Of a DNA stretch of 64,000 nt, positions 29,390 to 39,915 are shown in pieces. Below the pieces are notes generated by a model that saw only the letters and a program-made list of their open reading frames with translations, was not told the origin of the DNA and did no database searches. This DNA is from Polyangiaceae bacterium. GTDB taxonomy: Bacteria > Myxococcota_A > Polyangia > Polyangiales > Polyangiaceae. The number at the start of each line of letters is the position of its first letter. Positions within the stretch are counted from its first letter, which is position 1. The translations under genes were made by a program, and so were the position numbers. The stretch is from the NCBI GenBank assembly GCA_033763455.1, contig JANRKO010000023.1, positions 320,001 through 384,000 of the forward strand, read 5' to 3'.

Positions 29390-30373
29390 TCACCAACGGA
29401 GATGCACGTGAGGCTTAACTTGTTCCTCATAAACGGCGCGGAGCCGCTCCATAAGTTCGGGAGCGAGCGGAGGCAGATCGGAAGCACTGCAATTGGCGTC
29501 CGCTTGGCCCACCGTGCGGGTGCCTGGAATAATGCAACTCACCGCCGGATCCATCAGAGCCCAGCGCGAGGCCAACTGAGCCAAGGTGAACCCTGCCGGC
29601 ACAAGTGGCTTCAAACTTTCAACCGCTTTGAGGCCAAGATCGTAGTCAAAACCGGAGAAGGTTTCCCCGCGATCGAAGGCTTCCCCATTGCGATTAAAGG
29701 CGCGATGGTCGTCAGCAGCAAAGCGAGTATCAGGCTTGAGCTTGCCGGTGAGCATGCCCGAAGATAACGGCAACCTCGCTAAAATGCCTATCCTCTTTGC
29801 TTCGGCCTGTCGAAAGAACAGCTCAGAAGGACGTTGACGAAAGAGATTGTACACGATCTGCACGCTTTTCAGGTTGGGGTATTCGAGCGCCACCAGGCCT
29901 TCTTCCACCTTTTCCACGCTCACGCCGTAGTGCCGAATCTTACCCGCACGCTCTAAATCATCCATCACTCCGAAGACTTCCGGGCGATAATAGACGTCAG
30001 TGGGGGGGCAGTGCAGTTGCACAAGATCGAGCGCCTCGGTGCGCAGATTCTTGAGGCTACGCTCCACGTAAGCCGTAAGGTTGGTTCGATTGTAGCTGTC
30101 CGCCGTGTGAGGAGATGAGCGGCGGCCAACTTTGGTGGCAACAACAAATGGATCTTTTCGTTGATTTCTAACTTCAGCGATCAGCTTCTCGCTATGCCCA
30201 TCACCGTAAACATCGGCGGTATCAATGAAATTCACACCAAGATCGAGAGCGCGGTGGAGCGCCAGCAGGGATTCGGCGTCGTTGGTGCTGCCCCAAGAGC
30301 CCCCAATAGCCCAGGCGCCAAAGCTTACGGTGGACACGTTGAAGCCTGTTCTTCCAAGCGGTCGGTACTGCAC
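29390..30373 (-). CDS. Aldo/keto reductase
   Basis: DTADVYG, ATKVG, DLVQLH, LPLSSGML, IIPG. Confidence 0.93.
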   Translation of the reverse strand: MQYRPLGRTGFNVSTVSFGAWAIGGSWGSTNDAESLLALHRALDLGVNFIDTADVYGDGHSEKLIAEVRNQRKDPFVVATKVGRRSSPHTADSYNRTNLTAYVERSLKNLRTEALDLVQLHCPPTDVYYRPEVFGVMDDLERAGKIRHYGVSVEKVEEGLVALEYPNLKSVQIVYNLFRQRPSELFFRQAEAKRIGILARLPLSSGMLTGKLKPDTRFAADDHRAFNRNGEAFDRGETFSGFDYDLGLKAVESLKPLVPAGFTLAQLASRWALMDPAVSCIIPGTRTVGQADANCSASDLPPLAPELMERLRAVYEEQVKPHVHLRW

Positions 30374-30414
30374 GTTGTTCTCCTCGGTGACGATTTCGCG
30401 TAGCGTGCATCACC

Positions 30415-30963
30415 ATGGCGCTTACCGCAACGATGTACCACATCCAAGTCGACCTCTCGGATGTCGACCGCGGTGTATACGAGTCGCTCGATCTTCGTGT
30501 GGCGCGCCATCCGTCTGAAAGCATGCGCTACCTTCTGACGAGAACGTTGGCCTATTGCCTCGCGTACGAGGAGGGCATCGCGTTCTCCAAGGGAGGGCTC
30601 TCCAATACGGATGACCCACCGCTTAGCATCCACGACCTTCAGGGCAATTTGCGCACGTGGATAGAAATCGGAACACCCTCAGCGGAGCGTTTACACAAGG
30701 CAAGCAAGGCTTCCCCGCGCTTGGTGGTGTTTACCCAGCATGATCCTATGCTCCTTCAGAAAACCGCGACTGAACGCGACATTCACCGGGCCCAAGAGAT
30801 CGAGATTTACGCTCTTGAACCTACATTCTTGGACGAGCTCGATGCCGTTACCGATCGCAATGTTAGATGGGAGCTCGTGCACACCGACGGTCAACTGTAT
30901 GTTACCGTCGGCGGCAAGAGCATTGTGGGTAGTGTAGCCCGGCACAAATTGGTGCAGGCGTAA
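30415..30963 (+). CDS. yaeQ: YaeQ family protein
   Basis: MALTAT..DLSDVDR..ARHPSE..WIEIG.P..RL.KA. Confidence 0.9.
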   Translation: MALTATMYHIQVDLSDVDRGVYESLDLRVARHPSESMRYLLTRTLAYCLAYEEGIAFSKGGLSNTDDPPLSIHDLQGNLRTWIEIGTPSAERLHKASKASPRLVVFTQHDPMLLQKTATERDIHRAQEIEIYALEPTFLDELDAVTDRNVRWELVHTDGQLYVTVGGKSIVGSVARHKLVQA

Positions 30964-30979
30964 TGCGAATGGCGGCACC

Positions 30980-31414
30980 TTAAACTTGAGCTTTCGCCTT
31001 GAACGCTGGCGTCTGCGGCGCAACCGTGGGTGTAGCTATCGCAGCCAGCATAGGGGCGTATGCAGCGCGGAAGCTGTATGCGAGGTACAGGTGAAGCGCC
31101 AATAGCAAAAGGGGCACAGCCAGCCCAGCGGGCGCGAGGAACGCATGGAATGCTACGATGTTGAGCGTTACGGGGGCCAGTAGCGTCAGCGCCAACGGAA
31201 CATAGCGCCCTGACAACAGGAGGAGCCCCACGACAACTTCGGTGCCTTTGATGAAGGGGAACATGTATCCGGTGGCGCCGAGCGCTCCCAGAAATTCGCC
31301 AGCGGCCCCGCTCATAGGGGGCTGCGGCAGGAAGTGTAAGAAGCCATTGAGCCCAAAAACGAAGAAGGCAAAGCCAAGGGCCAAACGTGCGGCGGTGAGT
31401 GCTTTTGTGGTCAT
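30980..31414 (-). CDS. DoxX family membrane protein
   Basis: ARLALG..FVFGLNGFL, TGYMFP, TLNIVAFH; about 4 TM segments. Confidence 0.85.
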   Translation of the reverse strand: MTTKALTAARLALGFAFFVFGLNGFLHFLPQPPMSGAAGEFLGALGATGYMFPFIKGTEVVVGLLLLSGRYVPLALTLLAPVTLNIVAFHAFLAPAGLAVPLLLLALHLYLAYSFRAAYAPMLAAIATPTVAPQTPAFKAKAQV

Positions 31415-31489
31415 CTTGATACGTCGTCCTTTCTTGTTGCGACGTCGTACAGTTTAATTGTTGTCCTTCTGGTAACTAGACGTGGCCAC

Positions 31490-31520
31490 AGCAACACATT
31501 GTTGCTATTAGAACAACAAT
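31490..31520. promoter_or_regulatory. Overlapping palindromes; putative LysR binding site
   Basis: AGCAACA-CAT-TGTTGCT (31490-31506) and ATTGTTG...CAACAAT (31498-31520) between divergent doxX and lysR. Confidence 0.55.
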
Positions 31521-32421
31521 GGACCTGAATCACGTCGCTATTTTCGCTCGGGTTGTTGAAGCCGGCAGTTTCACCAAAGCCGGCGCTGAGCTCGGGTTGC
31601 CGAAGTCCTCCGTGAGCCGCACGGTGGCGAGCCTCGAAGCGTCGCTAGGAGTTCAATTGCTTCAACGCACCACACGTAAGCTCAACCTCACCGAAGCGGG
31701 GCGTGAATACTTTGAGCAAACGCGGCGGATACTCGCGGAGCTCGATGAGGCCACCCTTGCTGTTTCAAAACTGGGGAAGGAACCACGGGGCACCGTACGC
31801 ATGACGGCACCGTTTGATATTGGGGCTCTCATGCTTGCCGATACCATTGCTACCTTTACAGCAAAGTACCCGCGCATTCACATCGATCTCTCTCTAACGG
31901 CTCGGCGGGTAGATCTTGTCGCCGAAGGCTTCGATCTCGCGGTCAGGGCAGCGGCACGCCTGAGTGATTCGTCGCTGATTGCAACGAAGGTGGGTTCCAC
32001 AGAGTTTGGGCTCTTTGCTTCGGGGGCCTATCTGGAGCGGCGGGGCACACCCCGCACCATGGAAGAGCTCAAGCGGCACTGCTGTATTTTGTTTCGCGCT
32101 CAGGGGGGCGCCGCCAATTGGCACCTCACAGGGCCGAGGGGCGAAGAGGTGGTGTCCGTGAAGGGGCCACTCAATGTCGATGAGATGCTGTTTGTGAGTC
32201 AAGCCGTGGAGCGGGGCATGGGCATCGGCCTCTTGCCAACTATAAGGCTCACGGACAAACAACTAGGCGAGCAGCAGTTAGTGCGAGTTCTTCCCGAGTA
32301 TAGGGCAGAAGGGGGATCCTTGTTTATTGTGCTGCCGGCGGCGCGACACCGTCCAGCGCGGGTCACCCTATTCAGTGAGTTTCTGATCCAGAGCCTTCGA
32401 GCTCTTCCGTGGGGTCGGTAA
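31519..32421 (+). CDS. LysR family transcriptional regulator (CrgA-like)
   Basis: FARVVEAGSFTKAG..LGLPKSSVSR..LLQRTTRKLNLTEAG; DLVAEGFDLAVR. Confidence 0.95.
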   Translation: MDLNHVAIFARVVEAGSFTKAGAELGLPKSSVSRTVASLEASLGVQLLQRTTRKLNLTEAGREYFEQTRRILAELDEATLAVSKLGKEPRGTVRMTAPFDIGALMLADTIATFTAKYPRIHIDLSLTARRVDLVAEGFDLAVRAAARLSDSSLIATKVGSTEFGLFASGAYLERRGTPRTMEELKRHCCILFRAQGGAANWHLTGPRGEEVVSVKGPLNVDEMLFVSQAVERGMGIGLLPTIRLTDKQLGEQQLVRVLPEYRAEGGSLFIVLPAARHRPARVTLFSEFLIQSLRALPWGR

Positions 32422-33733
32422 CTGGCGCTTTCCAACCGAGGCGAGCCAATTCACCGGGTTCGCCCTTCACGCGAAATACCACGGCATCCTCTTCATAGCG
32501 TTCTTCCAACACTACGCACGATTCGTAGATATCTCCACGCCGCTGTTGTTGATCGTAAGGAACACGCAGTTCGGCCTCCACCAAGCTTCGCGCAAAAGTA
32601 TCGATGATGGTTTGCCGCAGGCGTGCCACATCTTCAGGGCGACGCGCCGACATCACGATGGCCTCGGGGTACTGCGCCAACAGTCTCCTCTGCACACCCT
32701 CCTCCTCTTCGGCGCCTACTTTGTCGAGCTTGTTGAATACCAAGATCTTCGGCACCGCTCCCGCCCCAATTTCGGCAAGCACTTCCACCGTAACGTCGAG
32801 TTGCCGCGCAAACCCAGGGTCCGAAGCGTCGACCACGTGCAGCAACAACGAAGCCTCAGTGGCTTCATCCAGCGTGGTCTTGAAGGAGGCAACCAGACCG
32901 TGGGGCAAGTGGTTGATGAACCCCACAGTGTCCGAAAGTAAGATTTTTGGCTTGGTTTCTGGGTGGAGCGCCCGAACAGTGGTGTCCAAGGTCGCGAATA
33001 ATTTGTCCGCAACATAGACCTCGCTCCCCGTGAGACTGCGCATTAGTGTGGATTTTCCTGCATTCGTGTAGCCCACCAGCGCCACGCGATTCATTGCTTG
33101 GCGCCGAGCTCGTTGCGTACGGTGTTCTTGCTCAAGCCCTGCCAACTCCTGCGTTAACTCCGCAATGCGATCGCGGATCTTTCGCCGATCCAACTCAACG
33201 CCGGATTCGCCGGCACCCTTGGCACCTATTCCACCCCGTGCGCGATCAGTGCCCTTGCTCAAGGCGCGTAAGCGGGGCGCCATGTATTCAAGCCGCACAA
33301 TTTCCACCTGGGCTTTGGCCGCACGCGATCGGGCGTGTCGGTGAAAGATCTCCAAGATAACGGCCGTTCGATCCATCACGCGAGCTCCCGTGGCCTTTTC
33401 CACGTGATCAGCCTGAGAGGGAGACACCTCGTGATCCAGAAGAACAAGCCCTGCGTGGTGATCCTCAACCGCTTGTTTGAGCTCGGCTAGCTTTCCGCTA
33501 CCGATATAGGTTCCAGGGTGAAAGCCCTCGCGGTTCTGCGTGATGGTCTCAGCTACGCGCAGGCCCAACGTGTGCGCGAGGCGCCCAAGCTCCGACACCG
33601 ATTCTGTGAATTCGCTGTCGCTGACGTCTTGGGTCTTCACCGCTGCGAGCACAGCGATAGTTGGGTCGAGTTCAGGAACGCCTTCGAGCCCATCCGGGAA
33701 ATCAAGCTCGGTTCTGAGGTCATTGGGGGGCAT
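32372..33733 (-). CDS. hflX: GTPase HflX
   Basis: DRTAVILEIF..A, GYTNAGKST, LFATLD, DTVGF, NKLD. Confidence 0.95.
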   Translation of the reverse strand: MPPNDLRTELDFPDGLEGVPELDPTIAVLAAVKTQDVSDSEFTESVSELGRLAHTLGLRVAETITQNREGFHPGTYIGSGKLAELKQAVEDHHAGLVLLDHEVSPSQADHVEKATGARVMDRTAVILEIFHRHARSRAAKAQVEIVRLEYMAPRLRALSKGTDRARGGIGAKGAGESGVELDRRKIRDRIAELTQELAGLEQEHRTQRARRQAMNRVALVGYTNAGKSTLMRSLTGSEVYVADKLFATLDTTVRALHPETKPKILLSDTVGFINHLPHGLVASFKTTLDEATEASLLLHVVDASDPGFARQLDVTVEVLAEIGAGAVPKILVFNKLDKVGAEEEEGVQRRLLAQYPEAIVMSARRPEDVARLRQTIIDTFARSLVEAELRVPYDQQQRRGDIYESCVVLEERYEEDAVVFRVKGEPGELARLGWKAPVTDPTEELEGSGSETH

Positions 33734-33904
33734 GCGGGCTCCATATAGCCCACGTCCGCCGGGGATTGGGGCTATCCGGCGCCCGGCCCCCCAATTGGCT
33801 GTGATTGACACCTCCAGCGCGCCAAAAACCGCTGCTATCCCCCCTCGTGATCGGAGTGTTATGTCTGCGCCGGAACTTCGACTCGAGCTCTCTGCTCGCT
33901 AACG

Positions 33905-34651
33905 TTACGGCAGCGGAGCGTTACCCCCGAGCTCCTTCCAAACCAGATTGGCCCAGGTGTAACTCGCCCCGAAAGTTGGATGCCGGCCGTCCCCCTGGCG
34001 CGCAAGCTTGAGCTTCTCAGAGTGAAAGAAGCCACAAGGTGCTACAGCCTCCGCCAACCCTTCCACGAAGCCGCTGCCTTTGGCCCAAGCCGGGGGCCCG
34101 ATCCAAAGGCACGTGCGGCCTTCGAGCTTCTCAACGATCTTCTTGGCGGCGGCCAAGTGAAGAGCCAGGTCCTCTTTTACAAAAATCTCGTTGGAGCCCA
34201 GGGAGATCAGCACTAAATCCGGCGCCGTGGTGCGAAGAGCTTCGGTCAAGCGCACATCTTCTGCCCAACTCCGCGTAGTTGCGGATGCAATGCTGATTTG
34301 TTCGTAGGTTCCGTGCATAGCCGGCCGCAGGTAATTGGCAACCAGTGGCACCATCGAGTCGCCAAAGTGGAGCACGCGCGTGGCCTTGTAGGCATTCGCG
34401 AGTGAAAGGGTGTCCTTGTTAGCGCTTCTGGCAATGCGCCCTGTTTTCGCGGCGGGCGCTAATGTAGTGCTGGGCGTCACGGAAGGGACCGGAGTCGCGG
34501 CAACCTGCGCGGCGGCCGCAACACCTGCGTCCTCGGCCGCGGTATTCGCCGGTGAAGAGGCGTCAGTCGAGTGGCACGCGACTACCAGTAGATACGATGG
34601 AAAGACACACCAAACAGGCCACATTCGCCAAGCTGAAGAGGAAGGACGCAT
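33905..34651 (-). CDS. SGNH/GDSL-like hydrolase lipoprotein
   Basis: Lipobox LVVAC; FGDS, LGSNE, DGRHP blocks; start uncertain. Confidence 0.75.
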   Translation of the reverse strand: MRPSSSAWRMWPVWCVFPSYLLVVACHSTDASSPANTAAEDAGVAAAAQVAATPVPSVTPSTTLAPAAKTGRIARSANKDTLSLANAYKATRVLHFGDSMVPLVANYLRPAMHGTYEQISIASATTRSWAEDVRLTEALRTTAPDLVLISLGSNEIFVKEDLALHLAAAKKIVEKLEGRTCLWIGPPAWAKGSGFVEGLAEAVAPCGFFHSEKLKLARQGDGRHPTFGASYTWANLVWKELGGNAPLP

Positions 34652-34900
34652 TGGCCCGGCCCAGTACCAGAAAATCCGCGGGAGGTGGCACGTCCTCCGC
34701 CAAACAACGTCACATAGACACCTGTGCAGCAACGTTGGGACACTTCTATGACGCCAGCCTATGAATGCTCAGGTAGTCCACTGTGGCACCTCGTGTGCCT
34801 CGACAGCCGTGGCGGCTACCGGTACAGTTTGGTGCGTTGGCCGAATTTGCTTGGCCCCGTTTTGTGAAGCAGCGCCGTGCCGTTTGGGTAGGGTGATGGA

Positions 34901-36415
34901 ATGAGTTTGGAACTCCGCGAGGGCCTTTTTGTGGCCGACAGATTTCGCCTCGAGCGTGAGCTTGGCCGCGGAGGTATGGGCTCAGTTTGGCTCGCTCGCC
35001 ACACAGGCTTAGACATCTTGTGCGCCATCAAATTCATCGACCAACAGGGGCGCGATAGCGCTGAGCTCCGGGGGCGGTTCGAGCGCGAGGCTAAGTCGGC
35101 CGCGCAATTGAAGAGCCCGAATGTTGTGCAGATCTTAGATTATGGCGTTTGGGAAGAACATCCTTACATCGCCATGGAGTACCTGGAGGGAGAGGACCTC
35201 GCGGCACGGTTGGATAGCGCGTGGGTGCTCGATGCAGAGCAAACGTGCAGGATTATCGCGCAGGTGAGTAAGGCGCTTACGAAGGCCCACGCTGCCGGCA
35301 TCGTGCATCGAGATCTGAAGCCTGAGAACATCTTCCTCGTACCGGATGGAGATGAAGAAATCGCCAAGGTGTTGGATTTTGGCATCGCCAAGAGTTCCGG
35401 TATGGTCATGGCAGACGCTGGCACGAAAACGGGCTCGCTCTTGGGCACACCGTTTTACATGAGCCCCGAACAGGCGCGCGGAGTAAAAGCCATCGATCAT
35501 CGCTCTGATCTTTGGTCCCTGGCCGTAATTGCCTATCAGTGCGTCACGGGGCAACTCCCCTTTGAAAGTGAAGGCTTGGGGGATGTTTTGGCCAAGATCA
35601 TGTACGAGCCCCTTCCGGTGCCGTCGCACGCGAAGCCTGACATTCCCGCAGCCTTCGACGAATGGTGGCGGCGGGGCTCATCACGCAAGCCAGAGGAGCG
35701 GTTTCAAAGCGCCCGCGAGCTTTCAGATGAGCTCGCAATAGCGCTCGGAGTTTCCAAAGGGGGCGCGGTTGCAGCCATAGCGGTCGATCGCAACAGCTTT
35801 TCCGAAATCCGAGGCAGCACTGCGGACTCAGACGCTGCACTCAGCCTGGGCGGCACCGTACGGGTGGAAGCGACTCCTTCGCTGCGCACAGCTAGCTCTG
35901 CCCAGGGGCTCACTCTCGCGGGAGACACCGGGAGCCCCCTCACAACCACAATCAACGCTCCATTGGGTGCGGCTCGCAACAAGCGCCGCGCGTACGTTGC
36001 GGCCGGTCTGGCAGCCATGGGTCTGGTGCTTGGCGTCGTCGCACTCCTGCTTTTCAGCGGCAAGCCAGATACAGAAGCGGCCGAAAACCGCGCCGTTGCC
36101 ACTAGCCCTAAGGCAGCGAATGCCGTGAGTGCCAAGAGCGCCGAGGCTGAGCACACTCAGGCTAACGCCTCGCCTCCCCCCACCTCGGGTGAGGTCGAAA
36201 GCCCACCCCCGAGCGGAGCCCAAAAGCCGACTTGGCCCTCCACCCTCACCCGTTCAACGGGCGCAGGTGGCGTCAAAGCTGGGTTGGTAAGCCCGTCAGA
36301 TAAGCCAAAGCCCACCGTGGCTAAGCCCACCCCAGAGAAGCGTACGCCTACCGCCCCACACCGACCCAAGGCGCCCGGCACCAAGCCCGGCAAGCCTGTC
36401 GACTTCGGAATTTGA
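34901..36415 (+). CDS. Membrane-anchored Hanks-type Ser/Thr protein kinase
   Basis: GRGGMG, AIK, HRDLKPEN, DFG, YMSPEQ; one TM segment, Pro-rich tail ending DFGI. Confidence 0.95.
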   Translation: MSLELREGLFVADRFRLERELGRGGMGSVWLARHTGLDILCAIKFIDQQGRDSAELRGRFEREAKSAAQLKSPNVVQILDYGVWEEHPYIAMEYLEGEDLAARLDSAWVLDAEQTCRIIAQVSKALTKAHAAGIVHRDLKPENIFLVPDGDEEIAKVLDFGIAKSSGMVMADAGTKTGSLLGTPFYMSPEQARGVKAIDHRSDLWSLAVIAYQCVTGQLPFESEGLGDVLAKIMYEPLPVPSHAKPDIPAAFDEWWRRGSSRKPEERFQSARELSDELAIALGVSKGGAVAAIAVDRNSFSEIRGSTADSDAALSLGGTVRVEATPSLRTASSAQGLTLAGDTGSPLTTTINAPLGAARNKRRAYVAAGLAAMGLVLGVVALLLFSGKPDTEAAENRAVATSPKAANAVSAKSAEAEHTQANASPPPTSGEVESPPPSGAQKPTWPSTLTRSTGAGGVKAGLVSPSDKPKPTVAKPTPEKRTPTAPHRPKAPGTKPGKPVDFGI

Positions 36416-36419
36416 TCTC

Positions 36420-37454
36420 ATGCTGCCTCCCTCCATGCTTTGCAAAACCCGTTTCACGTGCGCTGCCGTCGCTCTAAGTTTGATGCTCTCCTGGGAACAT
36501 CCGGCGTACGCGCAGTCCGCCGCAGATAGAACCACGGCTCGCTCCTTGGCGCAGGAAGCGCAAACGGCGTTCGATCAGGGTGACTTTGCTACCGCTGAAG
36601 ATCGCTTTGCACGCGCAGAGGGGTTGGTGCACGCGCCAACGTTGCTTCTTGCACTGGCCCGCTCACAGATGAAGCTCGGTAAACTGGTGCAAGCCTACGA
36701 GAACTACCAACGAGTGATCCGTGAACCTATCCCGGAGGGCGCACCAGACGTTTGGAAAGAAGCGCAGCGGCAAGCTCAGGGCGAATCAGACGCTGTTCAA
36801 CCACGGCTTGGCTGGGTAACGATTATTGTGCGCGGCGCCAGCGATCCACGTGTCACCCTCGAGGACGGTACGATTGTTCCAAAGCCGGCGCTGGGCGTAA
36901 AACGCGCCGTAAATCCAGGTAGCCACCAGATAACGGCAAGCGCACCCGGGTTTCGCAGCGAGAAAACCGAATTTCAGATCGGAGAAGGCCAGGCTATCGC
37001 CGTCACGATAGCGCTTGAAGTTGATCCGAATGCTCCCAGGCCGTCGGGCCCCTCTGGGATTTCCAACACCACGTGGCAGGCCGCAGCGGCCGATCCAGGG
37101 GCAGATGGGCCGAGTGGCTCGCAGAAGACATGGGGTTATGTCGGGCTTGGCGTTGGGGGAGCTGGGCTGATCTTTGGCGGAGTCACCGGAGCCCTCGCAA
37201 TGAGTCGCCACAGTGCGCTCGAAACAAAGTGTCCAGGGGGCACGTGTCCGCCGAGTGAGGAGTCCGCACTCGAAAGCTACCGCAGCATGGGTACGCTCTC
37301 GACGGTCGGCTTCGTTGTGGGTGGGCTCGGGACAGCGGCCGGCCTCACCCTGCTGCTCACAGCTCCGGAAGCCCCGGAACCTGGCGGGGTGGCGCACCTT
37401 TCAATGCGATTGCACGCTGGTTTTGGGAGCATGAGCCTCGAAGGCTCCTTCTAG
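36420..37454 (+). CDS. Secreted TPR + PEGA domain protein with C-terminal hydrophobic segments
   Basis: Signal peptide; TPR-like helices; VNPGSHQITASAPG PEGA-like region; two Gly-rich hydrophobic segments; ends LEGSF. Confidence 0.8.
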   Translation: MLPPSMLCKTRFTCAAVALSLMLSWEHPAYAQSAADRTTARSLAQEAQTAFDQGDFATAEDRFARAEGLVHAPTLLLALARSQMKLGKLVQAYENYQRVIREPIPEGAPDVWKEAQRQAQGESDAVQPRLGWVTIIVRGASDPRVTLEDGTIVPKPALGVKRAVNPGSHQITASAPGFRSEKTEFQIGEGQAIAVTIALEVDPNAPRPSGPSGISNTTWQAAAADPGADGPSGSQKTWGYVGLGVGGAGLIFGGVTGALAMSRHSALETKCPGGTCPPSEESALESYRSMGTLSTVGFVVGGLGTAAGLTLLLTAPEAPEPGGVAHLSMRLHAGFGSMSLEGSF

Positions 37455-37579
37455 ATTTTGCCTCGCGCCAATTCGGGCAAAAGATAGCCTAAAATCTGCC
37501 GTTTTGCGCCCATAGCCTCGGAAATAGGCCACTGTGCCTTAGGGGAACAGGCGCGTGTCCGTAGTCCCTAAAGAGCTGC

Positions 37580-38944
37580 ATGAAGGCGCACTTTATCTGG
37601 GTTCTACCTGCGGCAATGCTGCTGGGTTCGAGCGCGTGCACGAGCCTCTTGGGTGATGATTTTACCGTCACCTCGACCCCCGTCGTAAATTGTGCGGAAG
37701 ATCCTACCGCTTGCATCAACGATCACGGTACCACGCAGTGTGTTGCCGGCGCTTGCACCCCCGTCTGTGCTGCAGGTTATGAAACCTGTGACAACAACCC
37801 GGCCAACGGTTGTGAAACCGAACTCAAGAGCGACGTCAATCATTGCGGCAACTGCAATCAGCGCTGCGTGGGCGCCCACGCCAACATGGTGTGCCAAAGC
37901 TTCAAGTGCGAACTTGTAAGTTGTGAACCTGGCTGGGCAGATTGCAATGCCGATCCGGCCGACGGCTGCGAAGTCAACGTGAGTGCGGACAAGAACAACT
38001 GCGGCGCTTGCGGCAATATCTGTGAAAACACCCACGGGCAAACCAATTGCGTCGCCAATCAATGCGTACCCAGCTGCACCTTCGGGTTTTCGGATTGCGA
38101 CGGAACCCCTTCAAACGGCTGCGAGACAGACACCAACCTGAGCCCCGCTCACTGCGGAAAATGTGGGAACGCCGTTAACCCCGATCAAACATGCAGCGGC
38201 GGCCAGTCAGTATTGGCCAGCCTGTGCCCCAGCACTAACCGTGACTGCAACAAAGACCTCGTATCAGACGGTTGTGAAGTGAATGTGCAGGCTGATGCGC
38301 TCCACTGCGGCGCGTGCGACGTGCAATGCAAGTCCGGCGAGTTCTGCGGGCTCGCAACGTGTAAGAGTTGCGTATTTCTGAGTGAAGATTTTCAGAGCGC
38401 GACGTCGGGGTGGCAAGTAGAGGGCCCTTGGGAAATTGCTGGTGCCAAGGCGGGCGGTGGAGGCCCGTGCACTGCAGCGTCAACTCCCTGTGGCGACCCT
38501 GATCCCGCCATGGATCACTCAACAAGTGCGGACAACGGGGTCGCTGGGGTCGTAATCGGCGGCAACTACACGACGGCGAGCCCTGGCCCCTACTACCTCA
38601 CGAGCCCGAGCATGGATCTGCGTGGCTCAGGCGGGGCTACGTTGAGCTTCTGGCGCTGGCTAAATAGTGATGCCGCGCCATTCATTATCAACTCCGTGGA
38701 GGCTTTCGACGGCGACGCCTGGAAGGTGGTTTGGTCCTCGCCCACCGGAACAACCACGCAGTTTGTCGCCACCGAATGGACCCGTTTTGAGTACGATTTG
38801 ACGCCCTTTCGCAACTCAGACGACGCCAAGAACGCGAGCTTCCGAGTGCGGTTTGGCTTCGCAGTCGGCCGCGCGGGTGCGTACATCAAGAGCGGCTGGA
38901 GCCTCGATGATGTGTTGATCCGGAAGACAGAGTGCGGTCCTTGA
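37580..38944 (+). CDS. Cys-rich repeat (STIG1-like) lipoprotein with C-terminal beta-sandwich domain
   Basis: Lipobox SSAC; four C-x(6-7)-GCE...(H/N)CGxC repeats; EDF..W, YLTSP, LSFWRW, FRVRF, GWSLDDV. Confidence 0.8.
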   Translation: MKAHFIWVLPAAMLLGSSACTSLLGDDFTVTSTPVVNCAEDPTACINDHGTTQCVAGACTPVCAAGYETCDNNPANGCETELKSDVNHCGNCNQRCVGAHANMVCQSFKCELVSCEPGWADCNADPADGCEVNVSADKNNCGACGNICENTHGQTNCVANQCVPSCTFGFSDCDGTPSNGCETDTNLSPAHCGKCGNAVNPDQTCSGGQSVLASLCPSTNRDCNKDLVSDGCEVNVQADALHCGACDVQCKSGEFCGLATCKSCVFLSEDFQSATSGWQVEGPWEIAGAKAGGGGPCTAASTPCGDPDPAMDHSTSADNGVAGVVIGGNYTTASPGPYYLTSPSMDLRGSGGATLSFWRWLNSDAAPFIINSVEAFDGDAWKVVWSSPTGTTTQFVATEWTRFEYDLTPFRNSDDAKNASFRVRFGFAVGRAGAYIKSGWSLDDVLIRKTECGP

Positions 38945-39006
38945 CCGTAAAGCTCAGTGAGTGGCTCGACTTCTCAATCAGTTGGGTCTCCCGTACACTC
39001 GCGTGA

Positions 39007-39825
39007 ATGAGCCTACGCGGAAAGACCTTATTCATCACCGGCGGGACCCGAGGTATCGGCTTGGCAATAGCCGAACGAGCCGCTCGTGACGGCGCCAACG
39101 TTACGATTGCGGCCAAAACTAGTGCTCCCCATCCAAAGCTTGAAGGTACGGTATTTTCTGCAGCCGAACGCATCGAACAGTGCGGCGGACAGGCGCTTGC
39201 ATGCGTGTGCGATATTCGCTTCGAGGACCAAATCGAAGCGGCGGTAAGCGCTACCGTAAAACGCTTTGGCGGCATCGATATTCTCGTCAACAATGCCAGC
39301 GCCATCAGCCTAACTCCAACCGTGCAGACGGATGCCAAACGTTACGACTTGATGCACCAAATCAACGCGCGCGGCACGTTCATGGCTTCTAAGGCCTGCA
39401 TCCCCCACCTGCGCGTTGCGAGCAACCCGCATATCCTCAACCTCTCTCCCCCGCTCACCCTCAAGCCCGAATTCTTCGCGCCTCACGTGGCGTACACGGT
39501 GGCCAAATTCAACATGAGCCTGTTCGCCTTCGGGATGGCAGAAGAGCTACGCCATGACGGCATTGCGGTGAATTGCCTCTGGCCGGCCAGTGTGATCGCG
39601 ACCTCCGCGCTCCAGAATTTGCCCAACGGCCAGAGCCTCGCAGCTCACGCGCGTCGCCCAGAAATCATGGCAGACGCTGCTTACGAGATTTTCAGGTCCC
39701 CCAGCCGCGAGCACACCGGCAATTTCCACATAGATGAGGCCTTGCTCCGGCAACGTGGCGTGACCAACTTCGACGCCTACGCCGTCACACCCGGGAGCTC
39801 GCTAGCGCCCGACCTCTTCATCTGA
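39007..39825 (+). CDS. SDR oxidoreductase (HSDL2-like)
   Basis: TGGTRGIG, NNASAI, YTVAK. Confidence 0.9.
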   Translation: MSLRGKTLFITGGTRGIGLAIAERAARDGANVTIAAKTSAPHPKLEGTVFSAAERIEQCGGQALACVCDIRFEDQIEAAVSATVKRFGGIDILVNNASAISLTPTVQTDAKRYDLMHQINARGTFMASKACIPHLRVASNPHILNLSPPLTLKPEFFAPHVAYTVAKFNMSLFAFGMAEELRHDGIAVNCLWPASVIATSALQNLPNGQSLAAHARRPEIMADAAYEIFRSPSREHTGNFHIDEALLRQRGVTNFDAYAVTPGSSLAPDLFI

Positions 39826-39915
39826 CGGAAACGCGCCAGCACTAACAAGCTAACCCAGGCTTGAGCTACGCTCCCCCGTAGGCCATCCCACCGACAGCTC
39901 CCTCTAAGGTCCGCC

